Shown here: piece after piece, positions 45,939 through 55,173 of the stretch
How the letters are laid out: every line of letters begins with the position of its first letter
Numbering within the stretch: the first letter of the stretch is position 1
Virus record (IMG/VR): IMGVR_UViG_3300017565_000006
Span: 1 to 55,779 of that record
DNA length: 55,779 nucleotides
Direction: 5' to 3' (one strand)
From: a virus
Lineage: Duplodnaviria > Caudoviricetes
Notes under the pieces: model-generated
Seen by the model: the letters and a program-made list of their open reading frames with translations, nothing else
Database searches by the model: none
Told to the model about the DNA's origin: nothing
Translations under genes and position numbers: made by a program

Positions 45939-46925
45939 ATGGCACTCGCCTCCAGCACATTTTCCATTGATTTTTCGGGGTTGCCAAACACAAACCCCTA
46001 TACCAATGCAAACATCACCAACGTAAACGGAACCGCTCAAATTGCTGGCGGTATTTTTCGTCCTAACACGTTGGCAGGAAACACGACGCCGCAGCGTTTT
46101 GTATATAACGGCGAAACGAGTGGCGATAATTGGCGCGTGAGCATGCGCCTTGGCGCAAGCGGTAACTACAACGCGAACGGCGTCGGCTTCATTGATCCTG
46201 CAACGGGCAACGGCTACGGCGTACAGCTGACCTGGAATAGCCACGTCAATATCAATCGATATGACGGTAATACTATCGTCGCAATTTCTGCGGGCGCAAT
46301 CGAGATCAATCCGGAAGGCTTGAGCGACGATGCAATCATCCATCTCGATTTTAATCGGGCGACGGGCGCATTGCTGGTCCTGTACGAAGATCCCAACGCA
46401 ACTGTCCCGGTAACTACGCCGACAGCAACCGAGTGTGACGCTACAGATACGACGTACGCCGCTACGCTGAAGCCTGCAATGATCTTTCTTTGCGAGGATC
46501 AGTCGGCAGGCGCCTTTGTTATCGATCAATGGGGCGCTGACGCAGGCGGTGGCGGTGGTGGCGGCACAGCTACAAAGCTCGGCATTGCTAGCCAACCGGG
46601 AAACACGGTAGTCGGCGAGCAAATGAGTTCACTAGTTATTTCGGCGCTGACCGATGATGACGAAGTCGACGCAAGTTTTATTGGCAATGCGACCGTCGCG
46701 ATTCAGACGGGCACCGGCACGCTGACCGGCACGCTTACGCGCCCCTTCGTGAGCGGATATGCGTTATTCGGTGACTTGGCGGTCAATACCCTGAATACTG
46801 GCTTAGTGTTGCGCGCTTCGTCGGACGGATTAACATCGATTGACACCGCGCCTTTCGATATCATCGCAGGCGGCGGAAGCGGTGGAAGTGGCGGACGTTC
46901 GCCGATTGGCAGCCTGATCGTTTAA
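45939..46925 (+). CDS. beta-sandwich (lectin-like) + Ig-like structural protein
   Basis: Beta-rich N-domain, poly-Gly linker, ATKLGIASQP...GYALFGDL..N..G.VLRAS Ig-like domain. Confidence 0.6.
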   Translation: MALASSTFSIDFSGLPNTNPYTNANITNVNGTAQIAGGIFRPNTLAGNTTPQRFVYNGETSGDNWRVSMRLGASGNYNANGVGFIDPATGNGYGVQLTWNSHVNINRYDGNTIVAISAGAIEINPEGLSDDAIIHLDFNRATGALLVLYEDPNATVPVTTPTATECDATDTTYAATLKPAMIFLCEDQSAGAFVIDQWGADAGGGGGGGTATKLGIASQPGNTVVGEQMSSLVISALTDDDEVDASFIGNATVAIQTGTGTLTGTLTRPFVSGYALFGDLAVNTLNTGLVLRASSDGLTSIDTAPFDIIAGGGSGGSGGRSPIGSLIV

Positions 46926-46937
46926 GGAAAATCAGAC

Positions 46938-48551
46938 ATGAAATACATTGGCGATGTGCGGCCCGGTCAAACTGTCCGGATTCCGTTCAACACGATCCAC
47001 CCCGACACCGGCGCGCCGATCAACCTTGTCGGAGGCGCCGCGCAGGTTATCCGAAACGGCAATACGGCAAATGCGTTCGCTGTCACGCTCGCAACCAACG
47101 TGGGCGGCGTCACGGGCTCGCATTTGGCGAGCATCGACACCAGCAACGCAGGCAATTTTCCCGATTTGGCTGACTTCCAAGTTCGCCTGACGGCGGGCAC
47201 AGTCAACGGGATTTCGGTTGCTGGCGCATGGCTCGGTACGTTCACCATCAATGAGCTGTATCACCGCAATCAGAACGTTCCCGCGAACGTGGTTAGCTGG
47301 GATGGCGCGGAGATCACCGAAGGCTTGCAGACGGCCGCTGACGTGGTTGTTGCGCTTTATGCCGAAGCCGCAGATACGCCGCTCCCGGCGAATACCGTGG
47401 AGTGGGGTGATGAAGCAGTTGGACCGATGCCCGGCGCAGGCGGTGGCGGAGACGCTCCGAGCGTGGCGGATATCGTGGCCGGCATTCGCTCGTCCGCGAG
47501 CGCTGACCCGCTTCCGGTTGACGTGCAGGAATGGAACGGCGTCGAAGTAACCGAAGGCTTGCAGACCGCCGACGATGTGGTCAATGCGCTCTATACCGAA
47601 GCGGAGGAAACGCCGCTCCAGGTCGATGTGCGCGGTTGGAATGGCGCGGCGGTCGATCCGCTGGAATCGGCAGACGAAATCGCGGACGTGATTCTCAGCA
47701 CGCCAAACTCGGATTACGTCGAAGCTGGCACCATTGGTGCGAACATCGCAGCGGGCGCCGCTGGCGGCGGTAGCGGTGGCAATACGGCGGCAGAGATTCG
47801 CGCCGCGCTCGGCATGGCCAATGCCAACCTCGATGCACAGCTCGGAACGCTGGCAACTACGTCTGGTATGAACGCCCGCACGTTGCCGGCCGGTAACTAT
47901 GCCACTGCATCGTCGATTACAGCCCTTGGCGAGGCGGTGGCCGACCTCAACGATATGGACGCTACTGACGTGGGCAACGCCACGCTCGCCGCTCTGGCGT
48001 CCTATCAGGCAGCCACAGCGCCGGCCGTGGCTGACATCAGCTCGGCGCTTACCCCGATTGGCGGCACTGTCGCGAAGCTCGAAAGCATGATCGGTCAAAG
48101 CTCCGGGCACTATCGCTTCCTCGGCAGCGCGCTGGAGCTTGCGCCGACCGGTTCCGGTGGTGGCGGTGGCATCACCCTGGAGCAGCTGGAGGCGCGCACG
48201 TTGCCGACTGCTGACTACGCGCGGCAGGCCACGCTCGCGAGCGCTGCGGCCGTCAACGTGAAGCTGGACACGATGCTGACTCAGAGCGGCTCGGTCTATA
48301 AATTCACCGTTTCCGCGCTGGAGAATGCGCCGGCCGGTGGTGGCGGGGGTGGACATCTGCCCGCCGATGACATTGCCGCGATCCGGGAAGGTTTGGCGAT
48401 GGAAAGCACGCTGGCCACGGTCAAGGAAAAGACGGACGCGCTACAATTTGACTCGGGCAGTAGCGGCACCCTGGTCCGTAGCTCGATCAAGCAAATCGGC
48501 ACCACCGTACTGAAGCAGAACGGCACGGGCGGCCAGCGCTACGGAGGCTAA
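46938..48551 (+). CDS. repeat-rich fibre-like structural protein
   Basis: Internal repeats (W.G.E.TEGLQTA.DVV.ALY.EA..TPL twice; ARTLP...KL..M..QS...Y.F..SALE.AP.G twice) and poly-Gly hinges. Confidence 0.65.
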   Translation: MKYIGDVRPGQTVRIPFNTIHPDTGAPINLVGGAAQVIRNGNTANAFAVTLATNVGGVTGSHLASIDTSNAGNFPDLADFQVRLTAGTVNGISVAGAWLGTFTINELYHRNQNVPANVVSWDGAEITEGLQTAADVVVALYAEAADTPLPANTVEWGDEAVGPMPGAGGGGDAPSVADIVAGIRSSASADPLPVDVQEWNGVEVTEGLQTADDVVNALYTEAEETPLQVDVRGWNGAAVDPLESADEIADVILSTPNSDYVEAGTIGANIAAGAAGGGSGGNTAAEIRAALGMANANLDAQLGTLATTSGMNARTLPAGNYATASSITALGEAVADLNDMDATDVGNATLAALASYQAATAPAVADISSALTPIGGTVAKLESMIGQSSGHYRFLGSALELAPTGSGGGGGITLEQLEARTLPTADYARQATLASAAAVNVKLDTMLTQSGSVYKFTVSALENAPAGGGGGGHLPADDIAAIREGLAMESTLATVKEKTDALQFDSGSSGTLVRSSIKQIGTTVLKQNGTGGQRYGG

Positions 48552-48553
48552 CC

Positions 48554-49027
48554 ATGTTCGCAGAGGGCTTATTCACGGATGGCTTTTGGGCGGCTGACTT
48601 ATGGTCCGATGAGGCAAGCTCTGGAACGTGCTTAGATCCGGCCGAGGCGATGCAGTACCTTGCATCGCTCGGCATTAGCGCGCCCCCGTTCATGGTCTCG
48701 CTGTACATCGAAACGATTTGCAGCATTCAGCCATGTCTGGAGGAACATTATCCGCCGCACGTTCAAAAGCTGATCAAGTTTAATTTGCTCGGTATTTTGG
48801 CTTTCTCGGCGTCGGATAAGTACGTCAGCAGCGAGAGCGCGCCCAATGGCGCCTCGCGCTCGTATCGTTATCGAAACGATGGGCAGGACCGGTACGCCGG
48901 TCTTGTTTCGTCGCTCAAGTTGCTGGACCCATACGGTTGCACAACGGCGTTGATTCCTCCTGATCCGACAAACAGCAAGCCGTCTTTTGCTGGTCTTTGG
49001 ATTGGTAAGGGCGGCTGCGGGTGCTGA
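48554..49027 (+). CDS. head-tail connector protein
   Basis: EAMQYLASLGI, YVSSESAPNGASRSYRY, LDPYGCTTALIP. Confidence 0.75.
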   Translation: MFAEGLFTDGFWAADLWSDEASSGTCLDPAEAMQYLASLGISAPPFMVSLYIETICSIQPCLEEHYPPHVQKLIKFNLLGILAFSASDKYVSSESAPNGASRSYRYRNDGQDRYAGLVSSLKLLDPYGCTTALIPPDPTNSKPSFAGLWIGKGGCGC

Positions 49028-49028
49028 T

Positions 49029-49352
49029 ATGAGTGAGCTTTCTCGTTGGACTTACACCAGCATCGTGCGCGTAAAGCCTTTCATTGCCATGAATATGGCA
49101 ACGGGCGTTACAGATTACGGCGAAGAGTTTGATATTGCTTGTTGCTGGATAGCGGAAAGCGCCCAAATGCGAACGCCCGACGGCGCGGAATTCGTCAGCA
49201 AATATTTGATTTTCACGGAAGACGCACGGCCCAAATATTTAGATATGGTTCTTTTGCCTGATGAATCGGATTGGCAAGAGATTCGTGCGCGAACGAAATG
49301 GGACATGAGCATGTTCGCAGATACGCCTGATTACAGACTCGCTACCGGGTGA
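49029..49352 (+). CDS. head closure / head-tail adaptor
   Basis: MSELSRWTYT...GAEFVSK...PDYRLAT; position. Confidence 0.7.
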   Translation: MSELSRWTYTSIVRVKPFIAMNMATGVTDYGEEFDIACCWIAESAQMRTPDGAEFVSKYLIFTEDARPKYLDMVLLPDESDWQEIRARTKWDMSMFADTPDYRLATG

Positions 49353-49355
49353 CGT

Positions 49356-49796
49356 ATGCCGCTAAAAGGCATTGAAAGAGTAAAACGGCGATACCGCGAA
49401 AAGGTGCGCTCAATCAGCGAAGAGAAAACGGAGGCGGCAATCTGGGCAATTCTAAGCCAGGGCGCCGCCATCGCTGACACTATGACGCCAATTGATACCG
49501 GCAACCTGATCAACAGTCGGTATCAACCGCGAATCTATGACACTCCTGCAGGCAAGGCAGGGAACGTCGGTTATACCGCAGAGTATGCGAAATGGGTTCA
49601 TGAGATGTCGGGCAAGTTGAAAGGTCAACCGCGAGCGCATTTCGGCGAGACAGGCGCCGGCATTGAATTCGGCGGCGGCACGCAGGTCGGTAATTATTGG
49701 GATCCGGATGCGGAACCGCAGTTCTTGAAAAAGGGCTTTGACCAAGTCAAGGGCAGTGTAAAGAACATTTTGCGGGCGGTTTACAATCGTGATTGA
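49356..49796 (+). CDS. neck/tail completion protein (HK97 gp10-like)
   Basis: TPIDTGNLINS, VGYTAEYAKWVHE, EPQFLKKG. Confidence 0.8.
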   Translation: MPLKGIERVKRRYREKVRSISEEKTEAAIWAILSQGAAIADTMTPIDTGNLINSRYQPRIYDTPAGKAGNVGYTAEYAKWVHEMSGKLKGQPRAHFGETGAGIEFGGGTQVGNYWDPDAEPQFLKKGFDQVKGSVKNILRAVYNRD

Positions 49797-50157
49797 TCGA
49801 ATCATTTTATGGGTCGATGAAAATACCGCGCTTGCTTACGCTTTTAGCGTTGGTATGTGGATCGATGCTCCCGCATTTTTTGACAAGAATATCTGCGCCA
49901 TTCGCCACGCTGGCGGCTCGCCAACCGTGGTTGATGATCGTCGCCAGCGCTTTCAAATCATTTTGCTTGGTCCTAGAAATAAGCGAGAATCCGCGCTCGC
50001 TTTATTGGATGACGCAAACAAGCTAATCACAGCAGCGATTTCGGGGATAGTGCCGTGTGCAGCGGCCAATATTCGCGCTATGTCTGAAGTGATTGGACCA
50101 GGGTATACGGCTGAAAACCGTGCATGGGTTCAGGTCGATTTTGAAGTTGTAACGTAA
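49789..50157 (+). CDS. tail terminator protein
   Basis: Directly before the major tail gene; PGYTAENR. Confidence 0.7.
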   Translation: MIDRIILWVDENTALAYAFSVGMWIDAPAFFDKNICAIRHAGGSPTVVDDRRQRFQIILLGPRNKRESALALLDDANKLITAAISGIVPCAAANIRAMSEVIGPGYTAENRAWVQVDFEVVT

Positions 50158-50170
50158 GGAGGCCACCAAC

Positions 50171-51163
50171 ATGGCTTGCAAATCACAGAAAATTGTCGGC
50201 CGCACAGTGGCCATTGAGTTTCATATCGGCTGCGGCAACGTGCTCCCGCTCGAATCTGAGTGGAAGCGACTCGGGCCGATGCGCGCGAAGGAGTTCAACA
50301 CCGAATGGGATACGGTCGACGCGACCGCTGACGATTCGCAGGGCAGCTTTCGCGAAGAGATTGCCTCGTATCAGAGCGCGTCCATCTCTGGCGATGGCGT
50401 GTTGAAGCTGTCGGGCGAAGGCGCCGCGAATATGGCTGAACTGTTCAAACACGTGTTGCGTCCGGATGCAACCGAAGGTCAGCCGGTGGCCTGGGTCCGT
50501 ATCACGTTCCCGGATCTGACTTTCACGTTCTTCGCGATCATCTCGAACATGAGCCGCTCGGCGCCTCACGATGATCTGGTGACTTTCTCGCTTGAAGCGA
50601 GCGCCACGTCTAGCGACTTCGGTGTGATCGTCGAAGATACGCCGGATGCGAATTCGCCGGATGTCACCAGCATCGAGGCTTTGCCGTCGACGCTTCAGAT
50701 CGCAATGGGTGATAGCTTTGCGCTCAAGGCGATTGCGAATCCGCCGCAGGCAGATCAGCGCGTCCGCTGGAGCAGCGCCAACCCGCTTATTGCCAGCGTC
50801 AACCAGCTCACCGGAACCGTGGTGGGTGTTGGCCTGGGCAATGTCAACGTGACTGCGGAGTCTGTTGACGATCCGGGCATGACTGACGTTGTCGCGGTGA
50901 CGATTGTGTCGCCCGCACAGAGCGTACAGGTTGCGCCGGCATCCGTGACCGTGGCAGTCGGCGACGATGAGCAGCTGACGGCTGGCGTTCTGCCGGGCAC
51001 CGCGCCGCAGGGCGTGACCTATGTGTCGAGCGATTCGGCCGTTGCTACTGTGAGCAATACGGGCCTTATTGAAGGCGTTGCCGTGGGCTCGGCGGTTGTG
51101 ACTGTTCGCAGCACGTTCAATCCGGCCACGTTCTATAACGTTCCCGTAACCGTTACGGCATAA
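50171..51163 (+). CDS. major tail tube protein with two Big_2 Ig-like domains
   Basis: WDTVDATADDS, SRSAPHDDLVTFSLE; VRWSSANPLIASV and VTYVSSDSAVATVS. Confidence 0.9.
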   Translation: MACKSQKIVGRTVAIEFHIGCGNVLPLESEWKRLGPMRAKEFNTEWDTVDATADDSQGSFREEIASYQSASISGDGVLKLSGEGAANMAELFKHVLRPDATEGQPVAWVRITFPDLTFTFFAIISNMSRSAPHDDLVTFSLEASATSSDFGVIVEDTPDANSPDVTSIEALPSTLQIAMGDSFALKAIANPPQADQRVRWSSANPLIASVNQLTGTVVGVGLGNVNVTAESVDDPGMTDVVAVTIVSPAQSVQVAPASVTVAVGDDEQLTAGVLPGTAPQGVTYVSSDSAVATVSNTGLIEGVAVGSAVVTVRSTFNPATFYNVPVTVTA

Positions 51164-51173
51164 TTCGCCGACT

Positions 51174-51210
51174 GGGTTCCGCGCAAGGACGCGCGGGCCC
51201 TTCTTCATTT
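51174..51210 (+). terminator. hairpin with C-AAGGAC-G loop followed by a pyrimidine tract
   Basis: CCGCGC-AAGGAC-GCGCGG extended by GGG/CCC, then TTCTTCATTT. Confidence 0.55.
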
Positions 51211-51224
51211 CATGAGGTGCGGCG

Positions 51225-51908
51225 ATGATTCTTTGCGACGTTGGTGAGGTAGGTATTCATTGGGAAGACAACACCTATCTACTCAGGCCCTCCTTTTACG
51301 CTATGTCGCGGCTCGGAAACCCAAAAACGGTGGTTTCCATTCTATCCCTCGTATTCGATAATTCAGTTGAGCTGATTGCGCGCTTCATCCCTGATGAACT
51401 CCCCAACACAATCAGCTTCCGCGCGGCATTAGATGTGCTTCGTAATTGCTGGGCGTCCGATATCAAAGATCGCGATTGGGTCTTAGGCAGCATTCGAGGC
51501 GATAGATACATTCCCGGAATCATTCCGCTTGATCACGTTTTCCCTTTGGCGCGTTGCTTATTAAAGCACGGGCTGCTAGGTGACATGGCTTGGAAGGATG
51601 AAAAGAAAGAGTCCGAAACCGAAGAGCCTGCGAAGGAAAACGATGACGAATATACGTCGCAATTTGTTGCTCGCGATCATGTTGCATTCGCAATGGCTCA
51701 TCTAGGTGTAAGCGAGCGCGATGCATGGTCAATGACCATGACGAGTTTGTTATTGGCGGTGCGCGCGAAATATCCGCAGGAAGCCGCGAAGGGCGAACCG
51801 AAAGGGGAAGGCACGCCAATAACCCTGAAGGAACACGACGCAACTATGGAATGGTTGGACAAGGTCAACCAGAAGCGGAACAAGCGCAGGAACAAACGAA
51901 ATGGCTGA
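51225..51908 (+). CDS. tail assembly chaperone
   Basis: Between MTP and TMP; LRPSFYAMSRLG, ARCLLKHG, AWSMTMT. Confidence 0.75.
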   Translation: MILCDVGEVGIHWEDNTYLLRPSFYAMSRLGNPKTVVSILSLVFDNSVELIARFIPDELPNTISFRAALDVLRNCWASDIKDRDWVLGSIRGDRYIPGIIPLDHVFPLARCLLKHGLLGDMAWKDEKKESETEEPAKENDDEYTSQFVARDHVAFAMAHLGVSERDAWSMTMTSLLLAVRAKYPQEAAKGEPKGEGTPITLKEHDATMEWLDKVNQKRNKRRNKRNG

Positions 51909-54822
51909 AACTGATAACGTAGGCACGATTTATTACACCGTCGAAGCTGAAACCGATGGAGTATTGAATAGCACCCGCAATTTTGACCAAGGCTTGGATA
52001 GCCTGGAAAAGACAGTCAAAAAGGTAGACGGTACTGTCGATAAGACCAACCGCACCATGAAAGGTCTGTCCACTACGGTGCAAAAGACTGCGCGCGAGGC
52101 GGATGCCGCTAAAACGTCGTTTACTGGTCTGTCTCGGATCATCGGCGGACTTCTCACTGTTCAGGGCGTTGGTAGCCTTATACAGATGGCGGAAGGCTAC
52201 AACGAGATGGCAGAGCGTGTGCGAATGGCGACGAGCAGCCAAGAGGAATTTGAGCGCGTCCAAGGTCGCCTATTGCAGACAGCCAACGGCACTTATCGCG
52301 CATTGTCAGAAGCGCAGGAAGTGTACATCAGGACAGCTGACTCTTTGCGCTCTTTGGGGTATAGCACAGATCAGGTGCTAGACATCACGGACTCGATGTC
52401 TTACGCATTCGTTAAAAACGCTGCATCTACCGCGCGCGCGGAAAATGCCTTGAATGCCTATTCCAAGGCGATCAACAAGGGCAAGGTTGACGTTGACGCA
52501 TGGGAATCGATCATCGCGGCGGCGCCCTCTCTCATTCAAGATATTGCCGACGCAGCCGGCAAGACATCGCAGGAAATTAGAACATTAGGCGCGAGCGGCA
52601 AGCTTACCGCGCAAATGCTTAATGAAGGCCTGCGGCAGTCGTTTGAGAGCAACCGACAAGCCGCTGCTGACATGGCCACCACGGTTAGAGATGCGTTTCA
52701 GTCGTTTAGGAACAGCCTGTCCGCTTACCTTGGTCAATCATCTGATGTATTGAATTCGACGCAGGCTATTTCGGCGGTCATTGTTACGCTGGGTCAGAAT
52801 ATCGATACGCTCGCTAATGGCTTCCTCGCGCTCGGCGCGGGCGCTGTTGCGAAGTACATCACAGCCACGGGTGCGTCGATCATTGCAAGCGCCCGCGCAG
52901 GCCTTGCTGCTCGGGCGCTTGCCGTTGAAGAGCTGAATCTAGCCAAAGCAGAAGCGGCAGCCACAGCGGCAAAGCTTGCGCACGCGCGCGCGAATACAAA
53001 CCTTTCTTACACGATGGGACAGGTAACGGCTGCAGCTACGGCGAATGCGGCGGCAGTAACACGCCTCACGGCGGCGCAAGGTGCGCTGGCCACGGTTGGC
53101 GGTACCGTTCTGCGTTTATTTGGCGGCCCGGTTGGCTTAGTTGCAACGATTGCAACCGTTGCATCTGGTTATCTGCTGATGAAGAACAGCGGAGACAGGG
53201 CCGCTCAGGGAACAGAGGAGGTAACTAAAAGTCTGGAGGAATTGATTGCGGTTCGCGAACAAATGCGCAACGGCGGGCCGATCATTTCAGACGAAGAACA
53301 AAAGAGCATTAAGGCCGCTGAAATCCAGATCAAGGAATATGAAGCTGCGATTTTGCAACTTGTTGCTGCTCGCGCTCGGCTGGCCGATGTCGGCGATACG
53401 GTTGGAGCGAACAAAGTCAACGAAGAAATTGACAAGATGCTCGCGCGCATTGCCTCTTTGCGTGAGCAGATTGCAAAACTAAACAACGAGATTGCAGAGA
53501 CGCCAGATGTAACAACGGAAGGCGGAAAGGAAACCGATTCTCAGAAGCGACTTAAGGCTATGCGAGATGAACTCGCGTTAGCTAAGCTGACTGGAGATGA
53601 AAAGTTACGGCTGCAGGCAATTCAGAAACTTGGCAATGAGGCAACGGCAGAGGAACGCTCTGAAGCTGCCCGGCTTGCTGTAGAAATTGACAAGCTCAAC
53701 AAGGCACAGAAAAAACAAGAAGAGGCAAACGCCGAGGCGCGAAAGGCGGCAGAACAAAACATTCAAGTCATTTCTGAATTGGGTCAACAACTAGGGTTAG
53801 CCGCGCTTAAGGGCGAAGAATTGGCGGTAGCTAAAGCAAAGCTAAAGCTGAACCCCGCGGCCACACCAGAAGAAATTGACCAAGTCGAAAAGATGGCGCG
53901 CGCGCTATGGAGCGCGGAGGAAGCCGCTCGTAAGCGTGCGGAGTTCAAAGATGACCCACTAAAGGCGATTCGCGGCGACGTTGAACCGCTGCGCGGCGGC
54001 CCATTCGATGATCAGATGGCGCGATTCCGCGAAGAGGAAAAGCTTGAAGCAGAACGTTATCAGGCGCAGCTGGATCGTCTGAAAAATGCAAAGGAACTTG
54101 AGTTAGAAATCAAGGGCGGTTATCTCGCGTTGGAAGAGAAATTGCAAAAGGAACATGCGGATAGAATCGCGCAGATTGAAGAGGCTAAAAATATGGCCAT
54201 TCTTCAGTCGAGTGAACAAGCCTTTGGTGCGCTGGCGGATGTCATTAAGAACAGCGCAGGTAAGACTAGCGGCGCGTTCAAAACTTTGTTTGCTATCAGC
54301 AAGGGCTTTGCCGTGGCGCAAGCTTTCCTAAATCTCAATCAGGCGGTTATGCAGGCTATGGCTGACCCTTCTGCGTTGACGCCGCAACAAAAATTTGCCA
54401 ACGCCGCTATGGTTGCAGCATCTGCCGGAAATTTCTTAAGCGCTATTCAAGGCGCCTCATTCGGTGGTGGCCGTCGCCATGGCGGTGGTGTGAACCCTGG
54501 CAAGTTCTATCGCGTCAACGAGGAAGGAACGCCGGAAATGTTGAGCGTAGGCGGTCGTGATTACCTGATGATGGGCAATCAGCGCGGCCACGTAACGCCA
54601 ATGAATAAGGCGGGCGGCGCGGGCCCAGGCGGCGGGAATAGGATCGAGGTGAATGTGCACATCGACTCGGGCGGCGGCGCGCCGGATTCAAGCGCTTCGC
54701 CAGGATACGAGCAATTCGGCCGCGAAATCGGGCAATATATCGACCGCAGATTCAACGAACTGCAGGCGAAATCAATGCGCCCTGGTGGCCAATTGTGGAA
54801 CGCGCAACAGCGCGGAGGTTGA
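51901..54822 (+). CDS. tape measure protein
   Basis: 973 aa, Ala-rich and helical; VGTIYYTVEA; GGRRHGGGV.PG..YRVNE.G.PE. Confidence 0.92.
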   Translation: MAETDNVGTIYYTVEAETDGVLNSTRNFDQGLDSLEKTVKKVDGTVDKTNRTMKGLSTTVQKTAREADAAKTSFTGLSRIIGGLLTVQGVGSLIQMAEGYNEMAERVRMATSSQEEFERVQGRLLQTANGTYRALSEAQEVYIRTADSLRSLGYSTDQVLDITDSMSYAFVKNAASTARAENALNAYSKAINKGKVDVDAWESIIAAAPSLIQDIADAAGKTSQEIRTLGASGKLTAQMLNEGLRQSFESNRQAAADMATTVRDAFQSFRNSLSAYLGQSSDVLNSTQAISAVIVTLGQNIDTLANGFLALGAGAVAKYITATGASIIASARAGLAARALAVEELNLAKAEAAATAAKLAHARANTNLSYTMGQVTAAATANAAAVTRLTAAQGALATVGGTVLRLFGGPVGLVATIATVASGYLLMKNSGDRAAQGTEEVTKSLEELIAVREQMRNGGPIISDEEQKSIKAAEIQIKEYEAAILQLVAARARLADVGDTVGANKVNEEIDKMLARIASLREQIAKLNNEIAETPDVTTEGGKETDSQKRLKAMRDELALAKLTGDEKLRLQAIQKLGNEATAEERSEAARLAVEIDKLNKAQKKQEEANAEARKAAEQNIQVISELGQQLGLAALKGEELAVAKAKLKLNPAATPEEIDQVEKMARALWSAEEAARKRAEFKDDPLKAIRGDVEPLRGGPFDDQMARFREEEKLEAERYQAQLDRLKNAKELELEIKGGYLALEEKLQKEHADRIAQIEEAKNMAILQSSEQAFGALADVIKNSAGKTSGAFKTLFAISKGFAVAQAFLNLNQAVMQAMADPSALTPQQKFANAAMVAASAGNFLSAIQGASFGGGRRHGGGVNPGKFYRVNEEGTPEMLSVGGRDYLMMGNQRGHVTPMNKAGGAGPGGGNRIEVNVHIDSGGGAPDSSASPGYEQFGREIGQYIDRRFNELQAKSMRPGGQLWNAQQRGG

Positions 54823-54826
54823 GTAA

Positions 54827-55171
54827 ATGGCGGATACGTTCACATGGCGTCCTAAATACGAGGTCGAGGCAGCGCATCGATTGCGAACGCTCTCGGTTCA
54901 ATTCGGTGACGGCTACAAACAAGCGGTAGGGGACGGCGTCAATAATGAAACGCAAGCGTGGCGCCTAACCTTCATCGGCAAGAAAGCCAAGATTGATGCC
55001 ATTCGCGATTTTCTGCGCGCTCAAGGTGGTTACACGCCTTTTTGGTGGCGTCCTACTGGAGAAACTGCGCCGTTGCTTTTTGAATGCTCAGAATTCAACT
55101 TAAATTTTTTAGGCAACAACATTTGGACCTTGACCGCAACCTTTTCGCAACGGTTTGACCCTGAGAGCTAG
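54827..55171 (+). CDS. distal tail protein M (lambda gpM-like)
   Basis: TFTWRP, QFGDGYKQ..DGVN, FLRAQGG..PFWW. Confidence 0.9.
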   Translation: MADTFTWRPKYEVEAAHRLRTLSVQFGDGYKQAVGDGVNNETQAWRLTFIGKKAKIDAIRDFLRAQGGYTPFWWRPTGETAPLLFECSEFNLNFLGNNIWTLTATFSQRFDPES

Positions 55172-55173
55172 CA

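Noticed and set aside
41138-51208. Long antisense ORFs (41138-42127, 46932-48356, 50183-51208; similarly 2503-3438 and 31129-32181)
   Set aside because: They are shadows of GC-biased genes on the opposite strand, with no recognisable motifs or RBS
51225-51908. Programmed -1 frameshift in the tail chaperone (G/GT)
   Set aside because: A single ORF runs into the TMP start, and I found no second frame or convincing slippery site
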